Assembly (NCBI GenBank): GCA_004764695.1
Contig: SMSO01000014.1
Span: 553,648-617,647, forward strand
Length of the DNA stretch: 64,000 nucleotides
Reading direction: 5' to 3'
Origin: Schizochytrium sp. TIO01
Lineage: Eukaryota > Protista > Bigyra: Labyrinthulomycetes
Under the pieces are notes generated by a model. The model was given only the letters and a program-made list of their open reading frames with translations. It was not told the DNA's origin and made no database searches. The translations under genes and the position numbers were made by a program. Numbering within the stretch: the first letter of the stretch is position 1; every line of letters starts with the position of its first letter. Of this stretch, positions 24,952-35,232 are shown one piece after another.

Positions 24952-26191
24952 GTTTGAGAACGATGACGAGCGAAAGAAAAAGTATGGCCTGAGCACTGAT
25001 GAGGAGGAAAATGGAGAAGGTGAAGGTGACGGTTCTGGATCAGGCAAAGGCAGTGGAAAGGGAAAAGGTAGTGGAGACGGTCAAGGAGAAGGAGATGGTG
25101 GAGGCGAGGGATCTGGCGAGGGCGGTGGCAGTGGCCAGCTTTCTGGTGGAGGAGGTGGTGGTAGTATGTCAGGCCAGGCACGTGGCAAGTCGCTTGACCA
25201 GCTCGCCGATCTTCCGGATCCAAGTGACGAGGAGTTTCAGGAAATTGAGAACCCTGGAGCTGCCGAAATTAGGGAGCGGGGCGGGGACAAACTGAATAGT
25301 GAGGCCCTGCGTGCTTCTGAAGAATTCAAGCGCGAAGAATGGCAAAAGTTTCTTAAACAACTCGACATGAGTGAGCATGATGCAGAAAAGTATGAAAAGT
25401 ACAAGGAAGCCGTGAAGACGGAGGTCCGGGAACTTCGTGTTACTCTTGAAGGCTTAGAAGCCAACGACACTGAGCGCGTCTGGCTCAAGAACCAGGTCAC
25501 AGGTGATATTGATGATAGCAAGCTTATTGATGGTCTGACGGGCGAGAGAGCGATCTACAAACGGCGGAGTGACCTCTCGCCAGACTCCGCTCTCTTCCAA
25601 GCAAAGCCGAAGCGAATCAGCTTTGTATTTGATGCATCAATGTCCATGACACGGTACGCCGCTGATGGACGCCTTCAGCGGTCGCTGGAGGCCGCCACGA
25701 TGATGCTCGAAGCTACCAAAGGCATGGAGCATAGATTTGATATTGCTATGTCTGCGCACTCAGGTGATACTGCCCATCTGCCCCTAGTCGAATTTGGCAA
25801 ACCCCCTCGCGATGATAAAGCTCGCCTGAACGTGATTCGTCAAATTTATGCGCATGCTGAAATGTGCGAGTCTGGAGATAATACTGTCAATGGTCTTCGT
25901 CGTGCCATTGAGGCTATTACTCGTGGCCCTGAAGCTGATGCTAGGTACGTTGTGCTCATTAGTGACGCCAATGTAGACATGTACGGAATCACTCCAGAAA
26001 CTCTAGAGCGTCTGATCAAGATGGATCCTCGTGTCCATGTTTTTGTGCTCTTCATTGCAAGCATGTCAAACCAGTCCAAAATCTTCGAGGAGAAGTTGCC
26101 TGGACGTGTTTTTACTTGCCTAGATACCTCCATGGTACCCAAGACGCTCAAGAAGATGTTCCTTGCAGCCGCGACCACCTCCAAGATCTAA
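24952..26191 (+). CDS. VWA8: VWA8 exon 2 (Gly-rich linker and VWA domain)
   Basis: ERVWLKNQVTGDIDDSKLIDGLTGERAIYKRR, KPKRISFVFDASMSM (MIDAS DxSxS), HSGD, SGDNT, SDANVDMYGI; ends in ...SKI*. Confidence 0.92.
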
Positions 26192-27841
26192 AGACCCACT
26201 ATGATAGTTACTAATACAAATTAAAACAAACTACAACAATCAGGGTATTATGATGATGTGCGCTTGATTGAGGAGGCCAAGTCCGTATGTTCCATGTTTT
26301 GCAGGCAATAGTCCAGTGTTCTTTTTCGTTGCAAAACGTATGTGCGAATGTGAGCGAATCCAATGAATCATGGAGAGCTTGGTATTGAGTGTCTTTTTGA
26401 ATGGGAATGGAGGGAACAAGTTCTTCTTCAGCTATCCTCTCAAACTCCGATATTGCCGAGTACCAATCTGCAGTTATATGAATGAACGACCCTCACACTA
26501 TTTAGAGGTCGTAAATTAAACTCTTTCAGCTTGGGTTAAACTCAAGCCAAAATAATCACTGTGAATGAACAGTTTGAGTGTTTGTTTGGCATGAGTTTTT
26601 CACCCAGGTTAAAAGATTTGAACTCTGTGCCTGTCTCTAGAGTGAGGGTGGTGAATGAGGGATAACTTTACTCTGCTATTCTAGTGTGTCAAACTGTCGT
26701 ACTAAAAATGAAGTTCGCTGTTAAGGCATGTGGATTCACCCACTTTATAAGAGTTATAACTGTAGACAATGGAATATAGCATCTAGCTCGTAGAGTCTTG
26801 GGAAAGGTTTATCGCTCTTGTCACCGTATAGAAGCTCAAACTCGCTATAAAAGGGAACACGATTGCATGCTCGAAATATGTTGCAGCGTGGATGTGGCCT
26901 TTCATTCGTTTATGGTTTTGCTTGGTTGCGAAACAATTACAAGAGGGGCAAGTTTCTTTTCTGCGAGCTTCAAAAGTTGGAGAATACAGTTAAATCAAAA
27001 GAAAGTCTCACTTCTCTAGTTTGGACGCGTGCCGTGCTACAACTTGAAAGTTTCTGCGTTGGGATCTTTTGTTTTGGACTTCTCGATTGCCGCGATGCAA
27101 AGCTTGAATAATTCCAAAGTAAAGTCACCGAGAAAGTCTCTTCTTATTAGACGCTCCCGTATTCCGTCATTTCATATCGCCACGCTCTCTCGCGCAGCTG
27201 CAAAGATTTAATTCTTTCAAGAAAACCTAGTCCATTGGGCAATTGCCAAAGGTTCGAGCGGTCGCTTTGCTGGGACCTGGGGAAACGGAGCGAAAAGAAA
27301 TGGAGTGACCCTACAACTTCGTTATATCTTTTTGCCTTCGCCTACAGAATCGCTGCGAAAGCATTGGAGGTGAGGTGAGGTACCTATCGCCGCCGAATCA
27401 AAGCAAACAGGGACTTACTTACTTCTCTCCAGAGCTAGAAAAGAGAATGACTGGAAACTGCCTTCCTTCCAGCAGCTCCTTGGAATATGGAGATTGAGGC
27501 GGGTACTTGGACAACCGCCCGTGACTCGTGTAGAGCAACTACGATCGTGAAGAACTGGAGACGTGGATGTTCGCATAGATGCATGTATTCACGAATATAT
27601 GTGATGCATGCACGCAAAGCCAGCTAACTAATGCAATGCGAGGGATGCGAAGTTTCCAACGCTGTCCATTAAAACTTTTTAAAGTACGAGCTCGTGGCTC
27701 TCGACGACTGAAGACGTGTGATTGATTGATTGAGGGCGTGAGACTCAACCACTCGTATGGATTAAAGAACGCACGAACTCCATGGATTGGAATCGAACTC
27801 AGAATCAAAATGAAGATCGAGGTTGCATGTATGGAGGCAGG

Positions 27842-27882
27842 TCTATCTATCTATCTATCTATCTATATATATATATATATAT
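27842..27882. repeat. Compound (TCTA)6(TA)n microsatellite
   Basis: Read directly. Confidence 0.93.
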
Positions 27883-28370
27883 GAATGCGAATGAGGAGTG
27901 AACGAAGCTAATTAAAGTTGGATAACCTCACGAGACTGTGGAAGAGACGAATGGAGTTGCCACGGTACTTGTACAGCTTACCTCTTCAAGGGCTGATTAC
28001 ATGATTAAGAGAAGTGAGCAGAATGGGGCGTGTGGAAAAGAAGCACTTACAGATCGTGACGGAAAAAGGCGAAGGAGACGACCCGACGAACTGTATCCTT
28101 CGTCTACATACTTATTTACTTACTTATTTACATCAACGCTCTTCAGAAAGCTTAGCTGTCTTACCTAGCTGTGGTAGTAGTGGTAGTAGTAGTATTAGTA
28201 GTAGTAGTAGGTGCTTGGATTTGATTTATTGTTTGTTTGTTTGTTTGTTCAATTAGTTATTTCTCGAGAGATAACGAGAATAGCAACAATAATAGCAATG
28301 ATAAAAATCATTAAAGTAGCGAAACAGAATAAAGGAGAATTCGATTATCATACCAAGATGATCATTGCAG

Positions 28371-28418
28371 CAACTTGACAACTTGACAACCTGACAGCTT
28401 GACAACTTGACAACTTGA
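28371..28418. repeat. 8-bp tandem repeat (CAACTTGA)x6 with two variant units
   Basis: caacttga caacttga caacctga cagcttga caacttga caacttga. Confidence 0.93.
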
Positions 28419-29595
28419 TGGTACGCAAGCGACGCAGAAAACCTGAAATCGTGCTGTAATTTGCAAGAGAATTGCGGAAGGGGCAACGCAGGTCCCCTTC
28501 TTTTAGAACACAACGCAAATGTGAAGAATAGTCTCGAGTACCTCGATAAATAACTCGTGCTGGTTTGTTGTTTGCTTCATGAAGAAAGCAGCGTGAGTCA
28601 GAAAACAATCAGTCTACAGAGCTTCACAATGGCATCACCGAATGCTACTGATAACCAAATGCCAAAAGAACCAACGCGAGACTTGACGCCCTGGGACCTT
28701 GTTCAGGCGAGTGGACATAGTGGACACGAAGGGAAGAAAATGATAAACACGCGACCATTCTTGGCGCTCTCAACGCCGGCAGCTTCGAGCATACGAAGTG
28801 ATCTTATCTCAGGTTCGCCACGTTCTCCAAATGCAGGTCTTCTCAAGCGAACTAAGTAAAGCAGAGCGCAAGAAAGCACAACAAAGTCAGTCTCTGTATA
28901 CGTTTATTTCATTTAACCTTTTAGAGGAGTGAAGGGGTGTTCTTTATGGCCAAAGAGGTGTTTCGAAAAGGTTGTTAAGGCGAGCGATCAATTGCTTCAT
29001 TCATTTATGCATTGCCTCACATACGAGCGTATACGAGCTTGGCCTTTTTTGACGGCGACCAAAGAAGAATTCATGCGTACATCATTAGCACAAGCCCACT
29101 TAAAGTGCCTGTGGAAGCTTTGAGTGCTTTGGTAGCAAGCAGGTGCTTCGATTTGTACATCTGAGTGGACATGTATTCTTTTTTTACTATTTATTTATAA
29201 AACGTACCTATAACTTGAAGTTAATTTCACATGGTTGATATGAATGCAGAGATTTTTAAAAAAGGGGAAAAAAAGAAGTTAAGGTAATAAGTAAAGCATA
29301 TAATTATAAAAAGAAAAGAAAAGAAAAAAAGTAAAGAGACAATGAGGAGTTTCGGCTCCTTGCGAAAAGCAGCAGCGATTAACGGCGGATTGGAGAACAC
29401 GAGAATGGTGATCAATCATGATCAAAAGGAGGTCTTTGGTTCTGCTTTCAGGAGAGAATCACTGGAGAGACCTCCTTAATCGCCTACATCCACATTTGAA
29501 GAGATGCTGCTGTGTTGGATGCAGGAGTCTTTCCGGATACGTCTGCTGCTCGCTTGTACTACTTAGTTAGAAATGCATGTTGAATCCCAGAGGAC

Positions 29596-29596
<1 letters not shown>

Positions 29597-29634
<38 letters not shown>

Positions 29635-29635
29635 A
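29597..29635. repeat. (GAAA)n microsatellite
   Basis: Read directly. Confidence 0.95.
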
Positions 29636-30015
29636 GGAAAGAATCGCTAAGGCTGCTCTACGGTTGTCAGTAATGGCGAAGGAGAATGAATGCCGTAAAG
29701 CAAACTTGACTCTTTGTTTGTTTGTTTGATTGTTTATTCAGTCAGATCAACGACGATGGCCTTAAGAATTAATTGCTGCGAAAGATGCGATCAGCAGCCA
29801 TGGAGGATGAGCAGGTCCTGGGAACCCAGGAGACAAGCTCATATCTACCCAGCAGGCTGGCCGGCACGGACGTTTTCTAAGAGTGTCGCGCAGTTTCTGA
29901 GGAGCGAAGTCGTTTCGTCTGTTTTGTTGGATATGTAGTATGGTTGGAGAAATTACAACTAACTTGAAAGTTGGCGGGAAATGGAAGAATTAATTATGGC
30001 TGACGCTTAGGAGAG

Positions 30016-30017
30016 GA

Positions 30018-30089
<72 letters not shown>

Positions 30090-30090
30090 A
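30016..30090. repeat. (GAAA) about x18 microsatellite just upstream of the sulfotransferase-like gene
   Basis: Read directly. Confidence 0.96.
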
Positions 30091-30240
30091 GGCCTTTATT
30101 GATTGAGAGAAAGTTAAAAGTTTTTTCTTAGTGCTAAGTCACAACGAAAATTGACGAAGATGAGACTGTGGATAAAGGAGAATAGGTGAGGACTAAACAC
30201 GAAACACGCTCCGCTCGCCGGCACATTGCGCGACGAGAGG

Positions 30241-32556
30241 ATGCGCGGGGTGCTCGGGAGGCGGCGGCGGGTTGCCGGTGCGACCCCAAAGGCCCCTATC
30301 TCACCGTCGGCCTCGATCATACTGCCGCTCGTCGTGCTATGCGCTCTACTCCTGGCATGTGCTGGCCCTTGCCGAGCTGATTTGGCCACTTTACGTCAAG
30401 ACGCTCTCCAAGACCATGATACTGCGATGCTCGTTGAAGAGGCGCATAACGCAATTCTTAGAATACGAGGCGACCCAAGAGGCCTTGAAAGCTTGCAATC
30501 TGCAGACGCTGATTTTGACAGCAAGTTCAGCAATGCAGGTAATCAGGACAACGGTGCTGGCAATGAGCAGGATGACAGCGTTTTTGCAAATGCACAAAAC
30601 AACATTTCTTTTGAGAATACTAAAGATAGGAAAATGGAAATCAGGAACCCACCATCGAACAAGAAATCAGCCAGACAGTACAGAAATCAGGAAGGACCGG
30701 TCGTGACGATCTTGACAGGAACCCATGCGACGAATGCGAGCAATGCGTTACAGGTTTCGTCTCAGAGTGCCACATGCCAGGCGGTGAACGAGGCAATTCG
30801 CACGCTGTGGACACAATTCTCTGATGGAGCACACTATGTCAAGGCAAAGGAAGGACTTGACTTGGCATTATCCAAACTAGCGCCCACTGACAGATGTACC
30901 TTCTCGTCAACTGCCAGAAACTACCAGTACACCTTCCCAATGGCCATCAAACCTTCGCAAAGATGCTCCCTTCAGCTTGCGAGAGAGCTCGCAGGACGCA
31001 AGTATGTCATGGGACCTACTGGAGAGCCCTCGACCCGAATTTCAGTTCCCTGGTTCTTACTTCGACCGGATCTGGTGACCCTCGAGCGCCAAGGCCACCG
31101 TGCAGGGGTGCGAATCCGCTATCTGATCACCGTGGGGCATGACTACAACACAGCAGCATTTGCTAATGAGGGGTGTCCTCGATTCAACACAATTCTCGCT
31201 AAAAGAGGTATTTACAAGGAGCTGATGTTACTCGTGGCACTCAGTGATCTTAGCCACCAGCTCGGCAAACTCCGATATGCCGAAGTTATTGTCACGGAGT
31301 GCCGCTCAACGACTCGCGTCAAGAGCTTGCTTCGTGAAGCAAATAAGGATACCATCAGCGCTGCAGCACGCATTCGTGCAAAGTTTATCAACAATCACGA
31401 ATACTCCGACCCCGCGCTCAAGTGCTTCAAAAGCCCGTACGGAGACCGCCTCGATTTGGTGGCCAAAACCCATGTGCCCTCAATTCTCGCCAACGAGCTC
31501 TTCCTCGGGCAGGTCCTTCCCAAGACCAAGTATGGTGGTCCTTCAACAGACATCAAAACAAAGGTGCCCACTGTCGTTTTTGTCGCCGGTGTGGAGGGCT
31601 CTGGCCACCACATGTTCTCCATGATGGGCCGCAAACACACTACCCGCTTGTTGTACGATACTCTTACTGAGTACTTGGCTGACTCTCGGTGGCGCGATGA
31701 TAGTTTGGAGGAGCACGATAATGCTCGGAAGAAACTTGTACAGGTGATGCGAGACTTGCACAAAACCAACAATACCGACGGCAGCAAGCTCTTCTTTCTC
31801 AACACTGTCTTTGTGGAAACTGCAGTGAATATGTACTCATATCCGTGGGGTGGCCCCCGGTGTTACCTGAAGAAATTCGCCCGACCTATCTGCAACACTG
31901 ACCTTTACGAGCTTGCTAAAATTGGTGAAGAGGCTGGCGTAGATTTTCGCGTGGTTGTCCTGCGTAGAGCTCTTGGTGCCGCTATTGTTTCCTCCTCCAT
32001 CAATCGCAACTTTGGAACAGTCAACTCTCAAACCCGCTCCCTTGGCATGTCCTGGTCACTTCTACGCGAAAGTCTGAGATCCATGGATGGTGCCTTCATT
32101 CAACAATTTAATTACGAGGATCTGATCAAGCAACCATGGGAAGAGTATCCTCGCCTCATTGAGCATCTCAACATTGAACAAGATTCTGAGCTTGGACAGC
32201 ACTTCAACTCCACCTTGTGGGAATCTTACACCGAATTTGGGTCCAAAAACACAGATTCGTGGAAGATTAAGCTTACAGATAACCAGTTCGCTCTTATTAG
32301 CGATATGCTTTACTTTGATGAGCAGCTTATAGAGGATTTCAACACTGAGGAAGCCATAATTGCACGTGCAGGTCGCGCAGCCAAGTACGCTGCTGAAGGT
32401 GCAGCCACCGCTAAGGGATTGAGCGAAGAGGAGGTTGCAAAGGCCGGCCTTCAAGCTGCAAGCATAGCAGTTGCAAAGGCAAAAGCAGAACTTCGTGCCA
32501 AAGCAGAACTTCGGGAAAAGGCTGCTGCTGCTGATGCCGCCGCCGCCGCGTCATGA
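30241..32556 (+). CDS. Secretory-pathway protein with N-terminal signal/anchor and C-terminal sulfotransferase-like domain
   Basis: Hydrophobic IILPLVVLCALLLACAGPCRA after a basic N-terminus. VVFVAGVEGSGHH resembles the 5'-PSB loop, FRVVVLRRALGAAIVSS the 3'-PB motif, plus NYEDLIKQP. First ATG at 30241. Confidence 0.7.
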   Translation: MRGVLGRRRRVAGATPKAPISPSASIILPLVVLCALLLACAGPCRADLATLRQDALQDHDTAMLVEEAHNAILRIRGDPRGLESLQSADADFDSKFSNAGNQDNGAGNEQDDSVFANAQNNISFENTKDRKMEIRNPPSNKKSARQYRNQEGPVVTILTGTHATNASNALQVSSQSATCQAVNEAIRTLWTQFSDGAHYVKAKEGLDLALSKLAPTDRCTFSSTARNYQYTFPMAIKPSQRCSLQLARELAGRKYVMGPTGEPSTRISVPWFLLRPDLVTLERQGHRAGVRIRYLITVGHDYNTAAFANEGCPRFNTILAKRGIYKELMLLVALSDLSHQLGKLRYAEVIVTECRSTTRVKSLLREANKDTISAAARIRAKFINNHEYSDPALKCFKSPYGDRLDLVAKTHVPSILANELFLGQVLPKTKYGGPSTDIKTKVPTVVFVAGVEGSGHHMFSMMGRKHTTRLLYDTLTEYLADSRWRDDSLEEHDNARKKLVQVMRDLHKTNNTDGSKLFFLNTVFVETAVNMYSYPWGGPRCYLKKFARPICNTDLYELAKIGEEAGVDFRVVVLRRALGAAIVSSSINRNFGTVNSQTRSLGMSWSLLRESLRSMDGAFIQQFNYEDLIKQPWEEYPRLIEHLNIEQDSELGQHFNSTLWESYTEFGSKNTDSWKIKLTDNQFALISDMLYFDEQLIEDFNTEEAIIARAGRAAKYAAEGAATAKGLSEEEVAKAGLQAASIAVAKAKAELRAKAELREKAAAADAAAAAS

Positions 32557-33270
32557 TAAATTATTCTTATCTAGGTCTCTGGAACGATGGAGGCTCATAG
32601 AGTCAAATTAAGAAAATAGAAGAATTGGAATGAAGGTGTGCAAGTCCGCCCTATTCTACCCCTCGAAACGCCGAGAAGAGAAACGAAACAACAAAAGAAA
32701 TCAAGAACTTTTTGTCTTGTTTACAAACATGTTTGTAATCAAGACGTGAAACCTCATATTGCCCCTCTCTAGATTCCGTTCAAACCAGACTGTGTCCTTG
32801 CCTTATTTATTATAAAGGACGTGACTGAACCAGACTGCCATTTAAAACGCATGCGAAGACGGCTACTTTAGCTTCACTAATCCTCTATCCAATTCGAAAT
32901 CGCCTTCGTGCTCTCTTCCCACATACACCAGAGAGTTTCAGGTCATGTTTACTTTCTTTCTGTCTTTTAAGTGCTGCTCGCGATCTAGTAAACATGTCTC
33001 TCTATTTCTCTAGGATTTGCATCAGCAAACGAGATAAATATTCATCAAATATACTAGTTTGGCCTCTATTAAATGTTTAGACATTCGTCAGCGTCGATTG
33101 ACAAGACTAACTAACCAAAATAACCAACCTATCACAGTCAAAATAAGCAAAGCTTGACCCTACCACGATCCCAAAGAAGGAGTGCTCCTGTTCCCATCAT
33201 ACTTCTCAGGTTTACAATATAAAGTTTTTTGTTCTTGTTTTTAAAATTCAGTTTATTATACGCTCAATGA

Positions 33271-33783
33271 TTACTTAGGGACATGATCCGGGAGCCGCGG
33301 CGGCGGCACGGCTGCGCGGTAGACTGGGCCTTCGAGAACGTCGCGCACAATAGTTGGCCAATACAATCCGACTCGACCACTATCTGCCTCTGCAGCTGCA
33401 AGCTCAGCAACCTCCTTCTCATAGAACTTATAAAATGGAGCTTGTTCAGGGGGGATGAATCTCCAGCGCTCATTTGCGATTATGTACTCCGCCTCCTTGC
33501 TTACGCGGCGAATTTTAGTGTAATAAGCCATGTCTGCTTGATACGCGATGCCAAGCGGGAGGATAAGAATGGGCACTGCCAGCGGCTTGGGGAAATGTCC
33601 ACGAGCAGCTGCCACAAGACCAACTGTGACACAGCCTGCCCATAATCCAGAAAAATACTGAACCATGTCACGCATACGAGCCATATTCACAGCCATTTGC
33701 ATCTCACGCTGCGCCGCCATATGCTGTAGCGCGAGATCGCGCACATGGTTCGCCTTCTCCTCAACACCTAGCACTGCTCCCAT
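33271..33783 (-). CDS. PLGRKT: PLGRKT (plasminogen receptor KT / DUF2368) family membrane protein
   Basis: QREMQMAVNMARMRDMVQYF, two hydrophobic segments, AYQADMAYYTKIRRVSKEAEYII match the family pattern. ATG at 33783 (MGAVLG). Confidence 0.82.
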   Translation of the reverse strand: MGAVLGVEEKANHVRDLALQHMAAQREMQMAVNMARMRDMVQYFSGLWAGCVTVGLVAAARGHFPKPLAVPILILPLGIAYQADMAYYTKIRRVSKEAEYIIANERWRFIPPEQAPFYKFYEKEVAELAAAEADSGRVGLYWPTIVRDVLEGPVYRAAVPPPRLPDHVPK

Positions 33784-34761
33784 CTTGAGAAAGCTCCTCT
33801 TCTGCAGATCACTCACCGAAAGCTCACGACGAAGATCTATTTGAAGAAAGCGTTGCTATGCACTGCTGTGAAATCCAAGTTCTGAAGAGGTCTCGCAAAC
33901 TATCTCATCAAAGGTGAGTCGGGGTTTGCTTGCTGGCTGATCTTGTGGCGTTGGATCCAAGTTGAGGATATTTAGATTTTGCTCACAAAAGCACTTTCCT
34001 TTACCTCCTTTTAAGTTCTTTCTTCGCTCTTCTTCTTCTTATCAAGTTTCAGTTTTCCATTGATTTTCTATCTTAAAAGTTCGTCCCAGAAAGGGACTGA
34101 GAAAGCTCTGAGGTCCCGTGGGCGAAGTTCGATTGGATGCCCACAAAAAGACTCTGCAAGTTGTCGTCAAAGGATGCCTTATATCCATTTCCAACAAGCC
34201 ACAGCCGAGATCTGCGGAGCCCCATTATCGGCGCAGAGCTTATTTTACAACCATGAAGAGATAATGGTATGTAGAAATGGAAACTTTCATGGTCACACAG
34301 CTCTGTAGTTAGAAAGTAAAAGGATATAGGGTCGTCGAACTGACGCTGTTACTGAACTGGAAAGGTACACGGCGATGCGGAGGGAAGTTTGCCAATAGAA
34401 AGGCAAAAGCAGTTGGGTTTAGGGGTCTTATCATCACGCGAGGAGGGTTTCCTTTTGGCCGAATAACAGAGAAGGAGTACTACATTGCTGCAATGAGAGG
34501 AAAAGAACGAAAGTGGACGTTATGTACGTTTCGAAACGAATCGGTTTCAAGAGTGCCGTTAAGGGATTTATGAACTTAGTTCATCGTGAGAGATCAGCAA
34601 AGAACGAGTTGAGTTTGTTGGGTGATGCTCATAGGTGAGGAACACTTCATGCAAATCCAGAACTGAATAATTGAAACCGCGCACTTGGCTTACGCCAACG
34701 ACGTTGGTGATCGTAGCGCGGTCCCAGCGAGGGACTTGGCAAACACCCCTGAGAAAGAGTT

Positions 34762-35232
34762 ATGGCGCATCTACGACTGTCGCAGGAGGAGATCGACGCA
34801 TGTCGAGAGTCGTTCTTGCTGTTCGACCAAGACAGGTCAGGGTCTATTGACCAATGGGAACTCAAAGATTGCCTTAAAGCTATGGGGCAGAACCCAACCG
34901 ACGAGGAGATTTTTCAAATGATCTCCAGCGTTGACACTAATGACGATCACTCTATCAATTTTACAGAATTCTTAGAGGTTATTGCTCGCCAAAAAGAACT
35001 CGCCGAAACGAATGAGGATAGTGATGTAATGGATGCCTGGGTGGCTGTTGGAGGTGATCGACCTTTAGAGGGTGGTGGAAAGCCCAAAGGTATTGTAGAT
35101 ACTGACAAGCTCGTCAAAATTGTAAAACATGATTTTGGTCTCACTATTGATATTGAAAAGCTTGTGGAGCAAATTGATCTCGATGGATCAGGAACCGTAG
35201 ATTTTGACGAGTTTAGGCAACTGCTCAGCTAA
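34762..35232 (+). CDS. Calmodulin-like EF-hand protein, outer-arm dynein 18 kDa light chain (LC4) type
   Basis: EF loops DQDRSGSIDQWE and DLDGSGTVDFDE; LC4-type DAWVAVGG and HDFGLTIDIEKL segments. Confidence 0.85.
   Translation: MAHLRLSQEEIDACRESFLLFDQDRSGSIDQWELKDCLKAMGQNPTDEEIFQMISSVDTNDDHSINFTEFLEVIARQKELAETNEDSDVMDAWVAVGGDRPLEGGGKPKGIVDTDKLVKIVKHDFGLTIDIEKLVEQIDLDGSGTVDFDEFRQLLS

Noticed and set aside
28629-28859. Small ORF MASPNATDNQMPKEP...
   Set aside because: Short, no motifs, no other support.
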